Shown one piece after another: positions 63,962 to 64,000 of a stretch of DNA of 64,000 bases (the stretch's first letter is position 1; each line of letters opens with the position of its first letter). The notes beneath the pieces were generated by a model. That model was not told where the DNA came from and ran no database searches. It was given only the letters and a program-made list of their open reading frames with translations. This DNA comes from Carpediemonas membranifera BICM (Eukaryota > Protista > Fornicata), in assembly GCA_019828565.1 (NCBI GenBank), contig JAHDYR010000012.1, positions 186,001 to 250,000 of the forward strand, in the 5' to 3' direction. The position numbers were made by a program, and so were the translations under genes.

Positions 63962-64000
63962 TAAATCCTCTGGAGTTCATCCCAGGGGGGTCGACAGCCC

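Overview
Very gene-dense, GC-rich eukaryotic DNA from a flagellated protist, with short intergenic spaces and rare 28-35 nt spliceosomal introns. Gene content and intron style suggest a free-living metamonad (Fornicata, e.g. Carpediemonas-like); this is inference, not a confirmed assignment. About 35 protein genes, mostly on the minus strand. Recognisable ones include riboflavin kinase, Raptor, a PQ-loop protein, DUF4392, an SLC13 transporter (frameshifted), PA200/Blm10, LCMT1, NOG1, Sec8, a Cdc7-like kinase, MEMO1, an MBL hydrolase, OSBP, LRRC56, SF-assemblin, ARMC4, a flavodoxin, an RCC1-repeat protein, DMC1, a Cdc20-like protein, mucolipin, GEX1, a Qc-SNARE, ARPC1, uridine kinase, an alpha/beta hydrolase and an NPHP4-like protein, plus an ABCF pseudogene. 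The main highlight is a Fanzor (eukaryotic TnpB-type RNA-guided nuclease) ORF at 62600-63478 with an intact rearranged RuvC triad and zinc finger. It has a downstream omega-RNA-like hairpin cluster, a 30-bp sequence repeated on both sides (candidate guide and target, or a long target duplication), and upstream iterated ACAGACG motifs. Also notable are an unidentified, heavily structured RNA-like segment at 1-235 and two dispersed repeats (171 bp and 472 bp). All family calls come from motif recognition by eye; no searches were run.
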